A DNA stretch of 57,853 nt from an uncultured Gammaproteobacteria bacterium (GTDB lineage Bacteria; Patescibacteriota; Microgenomatia; Daviesbacterales; UBA10151), in contig CAYOSW010000006.1 in the NCBI GenBank assembly GCA_964406775.1, positions 1-57,853 on the forward strand. Reading direction: 5' to 3'. This document shows positions 57,575 through 57,853 of this stretch, piece by piece. The translations under genes and the position numbers were made by a program. Position 1 is the stretch's first letter. Every line of letters begins with the position of its first letter. The notes beneath the pieces were generated by a model. It worked only from the letters and a program-made list of their open reading frames with translations. It had not been told where the DNA came from and ran no database searches.

Positions 57575-57590
57575 CTTGATAAAAATCACA
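57575..57590. promoter_or_regulatory. CRP-type box (minus strand TGTGA-N6-TCAAG) at -40.5 of the 57542 leaderless promoter
   Basis: Centre 57582.5; -10 TATAAT at 57554..57549. Confidence 0.65.
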
Positions 57591-57761
57591 GACCTAATAT
57601 AACTTATGTTTTATATTCTATGGGCAATCAAGGAAGGAGGCAGGGATTTCGGTTTCTGCTCTTTAGGACGGGATTTGTTAGAGTTTTTGTCTTAGAGAAA
57701 AAGTTCTTCCCTGGTTGCAACCTCCTTGACAACCGCTCCCCTTAAAATATTTAATTAGTTA

Positions 57762-57853
57762 ATGCTCGGATTATCTCAGCGCGGAGCAAGCACAATAATG
57801 CTTGCCTTTATATTAGTAATCGTTGTTCTTTCGGGATTTGTGTTTTTTAAGCT
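57762..57853 (+). CDS. Partial ORF with a prepilin-like N-terminus, truncated by the window edge
   Basis: MLGLSQRG|ASTIMLAFILVIVVLSGFVFFK. Confidence 0.5.
   Translation, partial: MLGLSQRGASTIMLAFILVIVVLSGFVFFK

Noticed and set aside
1246-57745. Numerous antisense or overlapping ORFs in the track (e.g. 2049..2345, 7550..7858, 14308..14616, 29293..29862, 52724..53206, 57545..57745)
   Set aside because: They shadow well-supported genes, the tRNA or promoters and show no domain motifs.
1-57853. CRISPR array, rRNA, integrase, transposase or prophage
   Set aside because: No regularly spaced repeats, rRNA-like sequence or recombinase/phage motifs were seen.

Overview
Gene-dense bacterial chromosome segment whose gene set and style point to a Patescibacteria/CPR organism, most likely Microgenomates (inference). 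Evidence is the housekeeping genes (efp, pepA, dnaB, hisS, rpmE-prfA-prmC, rpsF-ssb-rpsR, ychF, ppsA), many secreted or membrane hypotheticals, almost no biosynthesis, and promoters that end about 6 nt before start codons. One tRNA (Leu-CAA) is present. I found no rRNA, CRISPR array, integrase or transposase. Strongest observations: (1) A complete transcription-terminating histidine T-box (UGGG bulge, CAC specifier candidates, apparently ultrashort Stem I) precedes a lone long-form hisG followed by hisS. (2) Six TGTGA-N6-TCACA-like boxes all sit at -40.5/-41.5 of their promoters, defining a candidate regulon for the Crp-family regulator in the window. (3) A membrane-sensor-fused trehalose-6-P synthase lies in an otsA-GH63-otsB cassette. 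(4) There is a split 7TM sensor / small protein / kinase / receiver operon. (5) There is an arginine decarboxylase-EamA-DUF2156 cluster. (6) A truncated GlmL/MutL-like gene pair is coupled to ctpA. (7) Four genes are disrupted, including a Com-type zinc-ribbon/PAS pseudogene absent from the ORF track. Two conserved-looking small ORFs below the track cutoff were also recovered. All family calls come from motif recognition by eye; no searches were run.
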